64,000 nucleotides of DNA, taken from sequence record PZ445530.1. The stretch is one strand, 5' to 3'. Shown here piece by piece: positions 1 through 10,327 of this stretch. Both the position numbers and the translations under genes were made by a program. Position 1 is the stretch's first letter, and every line of letters starts with the position of its first letter. This DNA comes from a phage. The notes beneath the pieces are model-generated. The model had not been told where the DNA came from, did not search any database, and saw only the letters and a program-made list of their open reading frames with translations.

Positions 1-88
1 TGATGACCTAGACTGGAGTCATTCTTCACCAGGATCATCTGCAAGTTCATATGATATCGTTGCTTTTCAGGAATAAGGAGAGGGTGTT

Positions 89-571
89 ATGTCAGATTTT
101 ATGTGGAAAGTAGGCTATGCCACTCCTGAAATGTGCGAGGCTTGCTTTGTGAAAATAGGCCGCGAGGATATCGACAAAGTGATCCTTAAGTTTCGTGATG
201 TGACTGTGATCGGCAACCGAGTGCTTAAGCACTTAAAGAATCTGAAGCTCACCAAAAAGAAGTTCTTCGGGCTTTTCGAAGAGAAAGTTGATGCTTGGAC
301 CCATTGCATTCAGGAAGCTAAATCTCACTACAGTGCTATCGTTACTCCAGAACGGGCAGCTAAGATGGAAGGATTCATTAACAGCACAGAATTTGAGTGT
401 CTGAAAGCTGCACTCGATAGTTATCCGAAATGCCTTAAGCACTTGGACAAGTATGCAGAAAAGGATGGGGAAATGTATCTAACCCTGGACGCATATTATG
501 AGATGCAAGAAATTTTAAATTTAGATTTGACATTGGTATCCACCGAGTATACAATAGGTATCCGGGTTTAA
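89..571 (+). CDS. hypothetical protein
   Basis: 160-aa ORF, GGAG-type SD upstream of ATG; no recognisable motif. Confidence 0.5.
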   Translation: MSDFMWKVGYATPEMCEACFVKIGREDIDKVILKFRDVTVIGNRVLKHLKNLKLTKKKFFGLFEEKVDAWTHCIQEAKSHYSAIVTPERAAKMEGFINSTEFECLKAALDSYPKCLKHLDKYAEKDGEMYLTLDAYYEMQEILNLDLTLVSTEYTIGIRV

Positions 572-577
572 CACTAG

Positions 578-604
578 GCCCTGCCCGAAAGGGTGGGGCT
601 TTTT
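578..604 (+). terminator. rho-independent terminator
   Basis: GCCCTGCCC-GAAA-GGGTGGGGC stem-loop followed by TTTTT; identical hairpin recurs at 11566. Confidence 0.6.
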
Positions 605-1387
605 GCATTAGGAGACAGCAAATTGAAATTTATCTACAAAGAACACTACCACAAAGGTGTTGTGTGGAGTCTATTTGACGGGTCTGGTGGTGCAGTCATT
701 GACTGGGCAAAAGCTGGGTACCTGTGCCTGTGCTTTAATGCAGAAGGCGCTGATCACGGCAGTTATGCAGAGGTGATCACCGATCATCCCAACATTCACT
801 ATGTGGACTATTGGATCGACCCGTGGTTCCCTCAGGAAACTTTTTGCATGTATCCGGCTCCAGATTTTATTCTTGCATTTCCTCCGTGCACGCATTTAGC
901 GGTATCAGGTGCTGCACATTTTAAGAAAAAGCTGGCTAAGGACCCCATGATCCAAATTAATGCTGTAAAGGATGCTCGGGTTGCGGAAGAGCTGGGAGAG
1001 ATTTACGATTGCCCGTGGCATGTAGAGAATCCTGTGGGTGTTATGTCCACACTGTGGCGCAAACCTGATTACCGTTTTCACCCTTCGGATTATGGCGGGT
1101 ATTTACCGGAAGATGATGTAAACCCATGGTTTCCTGAATTTATAGCTCCACGTGATGCCTATCCAAAAATAACTTGCGGCTGGATAGGTAATGGATTTAT
1201 AATCCCAGCCACAAAACCTGTCCCGCAAATAGTTGACGCGGTTAGCGGGTATTCCATGCAACACGCCAAGCTGGGTGGAAAGAGTGCAAGAACGAAGATG
1301 ATTCGAAGCCTCACACCACGTGGCTGGGCAAAAGCCGTATTCCTAGCAAACGAGCCTGTAGTAAGGAGCAGAATTAATGGGAAGTAA
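593..1387 (+). CDS. DNA cytosine-5 methyltransferase-like protein; true start probably near 623 because 593 lies inside the terminator hairpin
   Basis: motif I-like LFDGSGG, motif IV-like FPPCT (Pro-Cys), motif VI-like HVENPVGV; AGGAG SD at about 610. Confidence 0.4.
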   Translation: MGLFALGDSKLKFIYKEHYHKGVVWSLFDGSGGAVIDWAKAGYLCLCFNAEGADHGSYAEVITDHPNIHYVDYWIDPWFPQETFCMYPAPDFILAFPPCTHLAVSGAAHFKKKLAKDPMIQINAVKDARVAEELGEIYDCPWHVENPVGVMSTLWRKPDYRFHPSDYGGYLPEDDVNPWFPEFIAPRDAYPKITCGWIGNGFIIPATKPVPQIVDAVSGYSMQHAKLGGKSARTKMIRSLTPRGWAKAVFLANEPVVRSRINGK

Positions 1388-3455
1388 ATTTATGGCATCT
1401 GCATACAACCGTTTCGGTGAGCCAAACCCGAAAGCAACTAAGTATAAAAGTGGGGGAAGTGTGAAACGAGACTATCGTGATGAAAAAGAAGTTGAAACTG
1501 TAGAGACTGTTTTAGAAAATACTAAAATTGTCCCTGTCCCACAACAAAATATCGGTCTGATGGCTGCACAATATTTTGGTGTGCGATCAGCATTGTCACA
1601 AGAAGACGGTGTGACAGTCACTGCAACATATTTCCCATATTACGACCGCTACGGAAATCTGTCCGGTTTCAAAAAGCGTGACTGGACTATTCCTAAAGAA
1701 CAAAGGGGCCACTTCTCCGTTGTTGGCATCGTAAAGGCCAACTCCCAGATGTTTGGTCAAAAGCTGTGTGCATCTTCCAACAACCGTAAGCAGATTAACG
1801 TTTGTGAGGGGGAAGGTGATGTTATTGCAGCATGGCAGGCTGCATATCAGATACAAGTAAAAGGGATTCTCACCAACGCTAAAGCCCCGGCAAAGGTGAA
1901 GCAGTGGGCTAAAGAAGTCCAGGACGGGATCGATGCAGTTATCAACGGTGGTGATCTGGCAGGAAAACCATGCCTGCCTTTTGTTGGAATTAACTGTGGA
2001 TGTGCAAACGCAGTAGATACTTTTGCAAACAATGAGAAGTTTATCCGTAGCTATGGAACAGTTGTGCTGGCAATGGATAACGATGCAGCTAACGAGGTAG
2101 AGAAGCAAAAACACGTCATTAAAGGTGTTGAGGCCACGCACAATATCGCAGCATTTTTGATGGCTGATAACGTTTACCACGTAGAATACCCTGGTGAAGT
2201 AAACGACCCTGACGGTGTAAAAGATATCCGAGACATGCTGAAGGCTAAAAAGCTGGAAGATATTGTCAACATGTTCCGGCATCCTGTTAAATATGTGCCT
2301 GATGCGGTGTCGGATTTAGAAGACTTCTCTATCGAGTCTTTGCGGAAAAAGACTTCCAACGGGGTAGATATCAGCGCAGAGTTCCCAAAACTGCAAAAAA
2401 TGCTAAAAGGCTTGCACAAAGGGACACTCGTAATGCTTACAGGTCCATCAGGTGGCGGTAAAACAACCGTAGCTAAAAAACTGGAACACTGTATTGCAAG
2501 ATACCTAATGGACCCGACATGCCCGAAGGCTGATGACTATGAAGAGGATGATCGTCTATGTATGATCCATCTTGAGGAGGACCCAGAGGAAGCAATTAAC
2601 TCCTTGTATGCAAACCAGTTAGGGTTTGATGTTAAAGAGTTTGTTGAAGATCCTAGCCAGTTTTTAACTGATCAAGAACACGCAGAGATTCACCAATCAT
2701 GGGCAAAAGCTGGAAAAATCAAAGTGTTCAAACATTTCGGGTCTATTCCGGTGGATGAGTTGATTACCAAGCTTAAGCAAATGGTTTGCCTGTACCATTG
2801 CCGTTATATTGTGCTGGATCACCTGTCCATGGTAATTTCAGGGCTTAATGTTAAGGATGAGCGAAAAGAACTGGACATGGCTATGACTCAGCTGGCTGCG
2901 TTTTGTAAGCAGTTTAACGTGTTTATCTTGGTGATCGCTCACCTCAAACGTACAGAGATTGTGCCTCCTAAGGACAAGGATGGTAACCCGTTACCTTTCT
3001 GGTATCCTGTGCGAAAAGAGAATTTGCGAGGATCGGCGGGGCTTGAACAGTTGAGTTGGGTAGTCATAGGTGTCGAGGCCGAAGAAATGGTGGATCGTTC
3101 TCGTGGACGTGTCCGTCTGGTAGGTCTTAAAAACCGTCCAGCAAAAACTCTAGGTATTGCTGACACTTTGGTTATGGACCCGCACACAGGTAAGTTCCAT
3201 GATGCCAGTAATTGGTACTGGGACAAAGAAATGCAAATGTTTACAGACGGAGAAGGTGGGGAGGTTGTTTGGAGACCTCAGGCTATGTTTGAGGATCAGG
3301 AGCATGCAGTTGTAGAAACACCTATGGGCAAGGTTGTGGCTGATAAGGTTGTAACTCCTACTGTTAAGCCTGTTGACACGCAGGAAGACCTCCAGTACGA
3401 TGATCCGTCCTCTGACCATGTTCCTGGTTTTGAGGATGATGAAACACCTTTTTAA
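1377..3455 (+). CDS. bifunctional DNA primase-helicase (T7 gp4-like)
   Basis: TOPRIM-like CEGEGD; Walker A GPSGGGKTT; DnaB-like C-terminal half; acidic tail ending FEDDETPF. Confidence 0.8.
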   Translation: MGSKFMASAYNRFGEPNPKATKYKSGGSVKRDYRDEKEVETVETVLENTKIVPVPQQNIGLMAAQYFGVRSALSQEDGVTVTATYFPYYDRYGNLSGFKKRDWTIPKEQRGHFSVVGIVKANSQMFGQKLCASSNNRKQINVCEGEGDVIAAWQAAYQIQVKGILTNAKAPAKVKQWAKEVQDGIDAVINGGDLAGKPCLPFVGINCGCANAVDTFANNEKFIRSYGTVVLAMDNDAANEVEKQKHVIKGVEATHNIAAFLMADNVYHVEYPGEVNDPDGVKDIRDMLKAKKLEDIVNMFRHPVKYVPDAVSDLEDFSIESLRKKTSNGVDISAEFPKLQKMLKGLHKGTLVMLTGPSGGGKTTVAKKLEHCIARYLMDPTCPKADDYEEDDRLCMIHLEEDPEEAINSLYANQLGFDVKEFVEDPSQFLTDQEHAEIHQSWAKAGKIKVFKHFGSIPVDELITKLKQMVCLYHCRYIVLDHLSMVISGLNVKDERKELDMAMTQLAAFCKQFNVFILVIAHLKRTEIVPPKDKDGNPLPFWYPVRKENLRGSAGLEQLSWVVIGVEAEEMVDRSRGRVRLVGLKNRPAKTLGIADTLVMDPHTGKFHDASNWYWDKEMQMFTDGEGGEVVWRPQAMFEDQEHAVVETPMGKVVADKVVTPTVKPVDTQEDLQYDDPSSDHVPGFEDDETPF

Positions 3456-3513
3456 TGTTTAACAAAGAGTGGGAGGGGTAGTACAACCGCCTCCCCTTTA
3501 AGGAGAACTGTAT

Positions 3514-5937
3514 ATGAGCATGTGGTCGTTCGATTTTGAGTCATCCGGTTTGCTGGAAGACCCAGATCTTTATTATCACTGCGGCCTGTTTAAAGAGCTG
3601 AATAAGAACCGTTTTATGCTGTTCCTTCCTCTGAATGACCGCACACACTACTCCGAGGAGGATATAGAGAAGGCCAAGAACTTTATTCTGGCAAAGAAAA
3701 CTCTTTATAAGGATTTTGAAGTTCGCATAGCAGATTTTTCGGAGTTGGAAGGTTGGCTTACAGGAAATTCCGACTGGTCACCAACAGCTTTGAACTGCCA
3801 TAACTGCTACAGTTATGACTTTATGCTGATGGAGAGATTATCCGGTATTCATTTTGATATGTTCCGTGATCCTAAATGTATGGGGACTATCAACGACCAC
3901 CAGGTTAACCTGTTTGATACGTTGGCGATGAGCCGAATCTTGTGGCCTGATCGCCCTTTACCAAAAGGTTGTCCGGACTCCGTATTCAACCCGGTTACTA
4001 AGAAAATGCAGCCTGTTGGTCCTCACGGCCTTATGGCATGGGGCTACGCCCTTGGTAACCAGAAAGTTCAAATTGATGATTGGCGCGATCTTCCGTTGTG
4101 GAAGTATGTGGATCGTGTATTCGAGGACGTTATCATCCAGGAGCTACTCTGGAAAGAGCTGGTAGCGGAATCAAAAGGTGTATTCTACGGCAAATCTGAC
4201 ATGCAGAACTTTATGTACGATCCTGCCAAAGAGAAGCCGAAAGGGTTCAAGAAGATCACCTGGAAGAACGCATTGCGCCGGGGTATGCTGCAACACTTCC
4301 TGATGGAGCTGCAGGCCCGTCAGGGTGTGTATTTTGACATAGATGGAGCTATTGCTTTACGTGACCGTTGCGATGCGTGGATGAAAGAAATCGCTGATCG
4401 TGTTGAACCACAACTGCCTTTAAAAGAGCTGTCAATGTCTCAGCGGCCCAAGTTCCCTGAAAAGCCGTTTAACCAAGATGGGACAATCTCTAATAATGGT
4501 TGGAAATGGTTAAAAGATAAGCTTGGCTATCCTGTGGACATGAGTGCTTTAGAGTTCAAAGCCCCACCTAAGCGAGCATTTACCTCTACAGGAGATGTCA
4601 GTAAGATGGGGATAAAATGGTGTGAAGAGATGGGCTGCAAAGACCACGATAAGATGGCTGATTTCTTGAGAGGCTATATTAAGGGCACCTCCACACCACA
4701 ACCTTTACCTAAAGAGCTGATGGATCAGGCAATAAGCGATCTGCAGCAGAAGCGAATGCCTGACTGCAAGATACCTATGAAAATCAGCAATCAGGACGAT
4801 ATTAAGCGATACCTGATCAGTGCTGGTTGGCTTCCGACAATGTGGAGAACTAAGGATGTAACTAAAGACAGCAAGAAGAAAGCTTTACCTGATGCAGATG
4901 TTGATGCACGAGTATATGCATATATGGACGAGCTTTTGGAGTCAGAGTATTGTGACCTAATTATCAACTTCTGGAACAAAACTGATGCTAAGTTCCAGAC
5001 AACCGTGCACAAGTTCCGAAGCTTTCCTAACTCCGAAAGGATTAAAAAGGAAGTATTCGGGAAAATACGTAGAAAAGCTAGGGCACTTATTACTTCTCCG
5101 CAACTGAAAGATACGTTTGGACACCTGTGTCCGAATCTTGAAAAATTGAACGGAGAGATGGCTAAAGATATCGTCTTATGGTTATCATTGCGAAACCGCA
5201 GATCGGTACTTGATCCAATCAAGGAGGATAAGGTTGACACTGGTCTTCTTAATCACCCACGTTTGAAGATTGACCATAAGCTTCCTGCTAAAAGCTCTGG
5301 ATTAACAAACACTTCCAGACAGAAACACAGTATTTGTGCAAACATGCCTAAACCCTCTCCTAAAGTGGTTATGGGTAAAGAGATGCGTAGCTTGTGGGGT
5401 GTTCCTCCAGGATACTTTGAGATCGGTATCGACGGGTCCAACTTAGAGCAGCTTATCGGGGCTTGGGGTGCCTTTGAGTTCGACAACGGCCTGTATTACG
5501 ATGTTGTAAGTAACGGAGACGCACACCAAAACAATGCTGAGGCATATACAAAAGTAGCAGGCAGAGAGGTGTCCCGTAACGACGGTAAACCTATCACGTA
5601 TGGGGTTATGTACGGGGCACAAAAAGATAAAGTTGCAGATATGCTGGACATCTCTCCAGAGTTGGGACAAAGGGTAATCGATGCGCTTTGGGATGCCAAC
5701 CCTGGTCTTAAGGGCCGTAAAGAGGATCTGGAGAAATTCTGGGAAGCAACGGGTAAGAAGTTTATCTACTCTTTTGATGGTCATGCCATCTGGACCCGAT
5801 CTAAACACTCTTTACTTAATGCATACCAACAGAATGGTGGTGCATCGCTGTGTGACTTGGTTGGGATACTTATGCACCACCAAATGGTGAAGCGTGGGTG
5901 GTACGATGAAGGTGTTCGTCGTATTATCTATTACCAT
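3514..5937 (+). CDS. DNA polymerase family A, exon 1 (3'-5' exo domain plus polymerase motifs through motif B)
   Basis: exo motif FDFESSGL; motif B KPITYGVMYGAQ; frame ends ...IIYYH immediately before stop, where motif C HDE is expected. Confidence 0.8.
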
Positions 5938-6779
5938 AAATAACATTGTGGCTTCGTGCAGTGATGCACGTCGAAAACCTCTTTAATTGACGGGAAGGCT
6001 AAGTTGACTTTTACACCTAAACATGGTAAAAGCTCAATATGCTAATCCGCAGCGAAGACTAAAGGGGTGTAGTTAAAATGGCTAGATCAGTTGAGTATCA
6101 CGGATATACCGTGTTTGATGATGGAACAATACCTTTATCGAAACGTGATCATACAACAATGTTTTGTTTTGATAATGGTCGAGGTTACCTTTGCGTAACC
6201 ATGTTCATCGAGGGGAAGCAGTGCACAAAAGGTGTCCACCACTTGGTTGCTGAATGCTTTGTATCAAACCCTGATCCTGAAAGGCTCACATGGGTGAACC
6301 ATAAGGACGGAAACAAATACAACAATGCATACTGGAACCTTGAATGGACCACCCCTGGTGGAAATATCAAACACGCTTATGATAATGACCTCAGAGTAAG
6401 GCCAGTCGGTGAGTATAATGCCAACGCTGTACTGACCGAGGATGAGGTAACGGAGATTTGCGAACTGTTACAAAGTGGTTTACGACAATGCGAGATTAGG
6501 GATCTTGGGTATCCTTATGAGACGGTCAGAGCCATAAAGCAAAGAAGACAGTGGAAACATATCTCTAAAAACTACACCTGGTAGTAACGTTCAGAGACTA
6601 TCGAAAGCATAGCGCCAACATAAATTGGTGCGAAGAAGCGAGTAGAGTAGACCAGCAAGTGCGGTCGAAATGGGAGGTGCCTTGGTAACAAGGTAGTGAG
6701 ATAGTCCGATCCATACAGGAAACTGTATGGCTGTGCACGTAATGGTGCGGGGTAGCTTAACGACCTACCTGAACTATTG
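5938..6779 (+). mobile_element. group I self-splicing intron interrupting the DNA polymerase gene
   Basis: conserved core elements P (AATTGACGGGAAGG ~5985), Q (AATCCGCAGC ~6044), R (GTTCAGAGACTA ~6589), S (GAGATAGTCC ~6698); exon 1 ends in T, intron ends in G; exon frames differ. Confidence 0.7.
6078..6584 (+). CDS. intron-encoded HNH homing endonuclease
   Basis: NHKDGNKYNNAYWNLEW HNH motif; ORF nested between intron Q and R elements; own SD. Confidence 0.75.
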   Translation: MARSVEYHGYTVFDDGTIPLSKRDHTTMFCFDNGRGYLCVTMFIEGKQCTKGVHHLVAECFVSNPDPERLTWVNHKDGNKYNNAYWNLEWTTPGGNIKHAYDNDLRVRPVGEYNANAVLTEDEVTEICELLQSGLRQCEIRDLGYPYETVRAIKQRRQWKHISKNYTW

Positions 6780-7133
6780 GATGAGTACCAACTTCAAGTC
6801 CCTGACACACCGAAGTATAAGACTGTGTACACCTTCGACACAATTGAAGAATTGGAAGCATTTAAGGCAGAGCAGGAGGCCAAACTTCATGTGTTCGACG
6901 GTCATAAGTACAAAAAGGCACGCAAGGATGAAAACGGAAACGAAGTGGTTGACAGAGACGGAAACACGGTGTACGATCCTATCTTGAACGATGACGGAAA
7001 GCTTGAACTTATCTGGAGTCCTGTGGGCGAAATGGTGGTACATTGCTTCTGGCAAGCTTCTAAAATGATGGGAGTCCCGTTCCAGATCACAGGTGAATAC
7101 TTGTGTGGTCGTAATTGGGGTGATTGTCACTAA
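6780..7133 (+). CDS. DNA polymerase family A, exon 2 (C-terminal part incl. motif C)
   Basis: splicing joins ...YYH to DEYQ... giving HDE; C-terminus ...GRNWGDCH resembles T7 pol ...GPNWAICH. Confidence 0.65.
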   Translation, partial: DEYQLQVPDTPKYKTVYTFDTIEELEAFKAEQEAKLHVFDGHKYKKARKDENGNEVVDRDGNTVYDPILNDDGKLELIWSPVGEMVVHCFWQASKMMGVPFQITGEYLCGRNWGDCH

Positions 7134-7182
7134 TGTAAACTATCAACACATGGAAGTGTTGTTGAGCAAAGAGGAGACTTTT

Positions 7183-7467
7183 ATGGTAGTAGAACCAACA
7201 AAAACATTTACATCTATGACTATCCCTGTTATTATGCAGGTGGAGTGTGTTCAGGTATCTCAAGTGTGGCCTGGTACCAAAATCCCAACAGGGCCTGATT
7301 TCTTTCAGGTTGGGAAAGTGTACAATGTCTGGAAGGCACCAGATTGTTACCCTTTCATCAAAGATGACCGTGGAATGTTGTGGTATCTTGGAAATGATTT
7401 GACACTGCACCTTGGGAATGTTATTATTGCAGTATTCAGACTTAACAAGAAGGAGACCGATCAATGA
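7183..7467 (+). CDS. hypothetical protein
   Basis: ATG preceded by AAAGAGGAG SD; inside longer track ORF 7093..7467. Confidence 0.45.
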   Translation: MVVEPTKTFTSMTIPVIMQVECVQVSQVWPGTKIPTGPDFFQVGKVYNVWKAPDCYPFIKDDRGMLWYLGNDLTLHLGNVIIAVFRLNKKETDQ

Positions 7468-7691
7468 CAACTTTGGTTAAAGCTACTTTTGTAGAAGAAA
7501 AGATGACAGACCTGTCATTCTTTAAAGAAGGAAAGACCTACGAGGTTTATTACGATAAAAATCGTGCAAACAAGATGATTAAAGACGAGGAAGGGATTGC
7601 CTGGTTTATCTCCCATCTGGCAAACGGTGAGTATCATATCTACGGAACCACCCTGCTTGCCAAGTTTGTAGCTGTAGAAGAGGACCTATGA
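7464..7691 (+). CDS. hypothetical protein
   Basis: 75-aa ORF, SD AAGGAG, overlaps upstream stop. Confidence 0.5.
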   Translation: MTTLVKATFVEEKMTDLSFFKEGKTYEVYYDKNRANKMIKDEEGIAWFISHLANGEYHIYGTTLLAKFVAVEEDL

Positions 7692-7882
7692 AAGTAAAGT
7701 ATCTTGCTGAAGGTATGAGTAGGTATTTTACCCTTGGCGAAGAATATTGGCCCTTTACAAGCAACGGCGATGTCTACGTGAAAGATAATTTCGGAACGCC
7801 GTGGTTTCTGCACTCTAATGGGCTGGGATACTCCATTTACTGCGGTGCAGTGAACAACACAACTCTTGCAGAGTTCGTTTAG
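7688..7882 (+). CDS. hypothetical protein
   Basis: 64-aa ORF, ATGA stop-start overlap with upstream gene. Confidence 0.4.
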   Translation: MKVKYLAEGMSRYFTLGEEYWPFTSNGDVYVKDNFGTPWFLHSNGLGYSIYCGAVNNTTLAEFV

Positions 7883-7892
7883 AGGAGGTAGG

Positions 7893-8264
7893 ATGTTAGT
7901 AAAAGGTACCCACACAGTCAAACAACGTATTGAAGTTGAGATTGATGATTGTGAGCTGAAGCATATTCTACGGTCATGTTCTAACGTTTTGCTCCTTAGC
8001 ATTCTCCAAGAGCGAGCGGAGAACGAGTTCTTAAATGCATTGGCAGGCCGTCCGGGTGACTTTTGTGTGCGTAAGCGTGGTGACAACAAGTCATGGCTGT
8101 GGGAAATCGATGCCGACTGGGATTACCACAAAAATGAGGGTATAGATGAGCCTATTCGTGAACTGACGGACAAAGAGATTCAGATGTACAATGAAGTTTG
8201 TCATTGGGCAACACGCCAACAAATTTACCTCGACCCTGTGTGGCTGATTGAAAATAGCCATTGA
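7893..8264 (+). CDS. hypothetical protein
   Basis: ATG after AGAGGAGG SD. Confidence 0.5.
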   Translation: MLVKGTHTVKQRIEVEIDDCELKHILRSCSNVLLLSILQERAENEFLNALAGRPGDFCVRKRGDNKSWLWEIDADWDYHKNEGIDEPIRELTDKEIQMYNEVCHWATRQQIYLDPVWLIENSH

Positions 8265-8340
8265 CAAGAAGTAAGATTAGATATAAGATGCTTCACACAA
8301 ACAGATCGGTGATTTTTAAATAACTAAGGAGACTGCCAAG

Positions 8341-8595
8341 ATGAAAATTACTTTGAAGCCAGATTGCGTTGCAAATGACCGAGCTTTTAAAGATTGCCCA
8401 GTCGGTGCAATTTATGAAGCAGAGTTTTGTGAGAACCCTCTGGTAAAAGCCCTTCTGGAAGAAGGGGCCCCTTTATCACAAGAAGAGATCGATGAGCTGG
8501 AAAACTCAGCACAGTGCCTTACCTTTAAAGATGATGAAGGAGACTCTGTCTGGTGCACTGTTAATGAAGTCGTTTTTGTAAAACCTGAACATTAA
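8341..8595 (+). CDS. hypothetical protein (paralog of 8659..8931)
   Basis: shares KPD..AFKDC..DDEGD.VWCT pattern with next gene. Confidence 0.5.
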   Translation: MKITLKPDCVANDRAFKDCPVGAIYEAEFCENPLVKALLEEGAPLSQEEIDELENSAQCLTFKDDEGDSVWCTVNEVVFVKPEH

Positions 8596-8658
8596 TACTT
8601 GACAACAGCGATAGGACCTAGTACAATGGTCCTATCAAAACGAAAGGGGACCACAACA

Positions 8659-8931
8659 ATGACCAAACAATACCAACGAATTAAAGCCAAGGTTAAGCCA
8701 GACTATCTGGAGAAGGACTCTGCTTTTCGGGACTGCACAGCTGACAAAGTTTATACAGGGGCCGTCCTGTTGAACGATGAACTTGAAGTAGATATTCTGG
8801 GTAAAGAGGCAACTATTAAGGACGACCAAGGCGATTATGTTTGCTGCACCACACGTGAGCTAGAAATCTTAGAATACTTCGGTGAAATCTTCACCTCTCT
8901 TGATGATTACTTAGATGATGAGGAAGCGTGA
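8659..8931 (+). CDS. hypothetical protein (paralog of 8341..8595)
   Basis: ATG after AAAGGGGA SD; KPDYLEKDSAFRDC...DDQGDYVCCT. Confidence 0.5.
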   Translation: MTKQYQRIKAKVKPDYLEKDSAFRDCTADKVYTGAVLLNDELEVDILGKEATIKDDQGDYVCCTTRELEILEYFGEIFTSLDDYLDDEEA

Positions 8932-9320
8932 TGAAAAATATTTGGGATATCGATATCTTTGAAGCCTCTAAGCTTGATGGTGCTGATGGAGTGATTATGG
9001 TGTCTGATGGCAAGGCAACACTAACTTCCGGAGATATCATCTATGCCTTGGACGAGCTGGCGCTTCTGAAATCTACCGGTAACACTTTGGAGGAGCGTCT
9101 TCAAGGATTCGCTTTCAAAGAAGGTACAAATACAGCCATGATGTGCACCACACGGACAGTTCAGGTTGGTAACGGTGTCTATATGATTATTGCTGTGTGT
9201 CCTAAATTCAGCAACGTCAACAAAGATGATGCTGACGCGGTCAACGATGTGGTTGTTCTCTTCGTGGGTGACGCTATGGCAGATCTGATGAATGCAGGAG
9301 AAGCAGCAAATGAAGACTGA
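8928..9320 (+). CDS. hypothetical protein
   Basis: 130-aa ORF, start overlaps upstream stop. Confidence 0.5.
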   Translation: MMKNIWDIDIFEASKLDGADGVIMVSDGKATLTSGDIIYALDELALLKSTGNTLEERLQGFAFKEGTNTAMMCTTRTVQVGNGVYMIIAVCPKFSNVNKDDADAVNDVVVLFVGDAMADLMNAGEAANED

Positions 9321-9612
9321 AAACATCACCCCAGCAGGGTTCTTAAAAGTATACCGTGAACTGCTATATACTACAGAGGACAGTGTTCTAGAGTATCCAG
9401 AATATCTTTTGCTGTATAAGTATCTGCAGGAGGCTGGTGAAAATCTGCCAGTTAGTGCAGAAGGTGGTCCAAACTGGATATACAGTGCATGGAGAAAGGT
9501 TGACATTCTCCCAGACCCAGGTAAAGATATGGTAGTTTGGCAGCTTATCAACAACATCGGGATTCCAATCTTTGATGAAGCTGTTAAAATCTATTTTGAA
9601 CTTGACGATTAA
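9310..9612 (+). CDS. hypothetical protein
   Basis: ATG internal to track ORF 9292..9612. Confidence 0.45.
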   Translation: MKTENITPAGFLKVYRELLYTTEDSVLEYPEYLLLYKYLQEAGENLPVSAEGGPNWIYSAWRKVDILPDPGKDMVVWQLINNIGIPIFDEAVKIYFELDD

Positions 9613-9629
9613 TATCAGGAGACCTTAAG

Positions 9630-9875
9630 ATGACTGAAGCAGTTGCTCGCGCAGGACAGAAAGTACGTTGTGTTGAAGTAGGTTTTGGTGGCAAAGGGTG
9701 TCAAAACTTGACTCAAGGTAAGGAATACGCTGTTATCTCTGGGGGCGGAGACGAAAGTATTGTGTTCGAGGGCCACATCCTGGATGCTGAAAACTTTGAA
9801 ATCTTTGACGACGATGGGGACCCGATCACCTGCCTGCTGGACGGGAATTGGGGAACTTTCGAAGTGATTGGCTAA
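9630..9875 (+). CDS. hypothetical protein
   Basis: 81-aa ORF with SD (AGGAGACC). Confidence 0.5.
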   Translation: MTEAVARAGQKVRCVEVGFGGKGCQNLTQGKEYAVISGGGDESIVFEGHILDAENFEIFDDDGDPITCLLDGNWGTFEVIG

Positions 9876-9958
9876 CAAATACCTATTGTAATTTACAGAA
9901 GGGGATGCTAAAATAGTGTCTCCTTCTATGTTGTTCAAATAAAATCGGAGATTCCATA

Positions 9959-10327
9959 ATGGAACAAATGAACGATCAAGCGTCGGTTGCGATGAACGAG
10001 CAAGAACAACCTCAAGAATTTTTCTTAGGGTTAAGTAAAGATCAAGTGTCTCTTCTGCTAGTGCTTTCTTCTTTCATGGGAAGACTTCAGGAGCTCACAC
10101 AACAGCCAGAGGCTGAACAATTATTTCAGGCTCTGCGTGAAGAAGAAAAATATCGTCGTTTGGACTATGCCTTGGGTTGGGTAGCTCAACAACGAGATAT
10201 GCTGATGGCCCTCTCTGGGACCACAAGTTTTGCAATGGGCCTGTTGGCTCAAGTTCAGGACAAATTAATTCAAGCAGGGTTTGCACACACGGCAAACACT
10301 AACGAAGAACAAGGAGACAAAGAATGA
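9959..10327 (+). CDS. hypothetical protein
   Basis: 122-aa ORF, SD CGGAGA. Confidence 0.5.
   Translation: MEQMNDQASVAMNEQEQPQEFFLGLSKDQVSLLLVLSSFMGRLQELTQQPEAEQLFQALREEEKYRRLDYALGWVAQQRDMLMALSGTTSFAMGLLAQVQDKLIQAGFAHTANTNEEQGDKE

Noticed and set aside
1596-2282. 228-aa antisense ORF inside the primase-helicase gene (similar antisense ORFs at 4791..5240, 41793..41990, 37296..37610)
   Set aside because: Fully embedded opposite well-supported genes, no SD, low-complexity Cys/Val-rich translation; treated as shadow ORFs.
6727-7130. Overlapping ORFs 6727..6987 (+) and 6774..7130 (-) at the 3' end of the intron / polymerase exon 2
   Set aside because: The frame beginning at 6780 restores polymerase motif C and the conserved C-terminus; the others are out-of-frame shadows.
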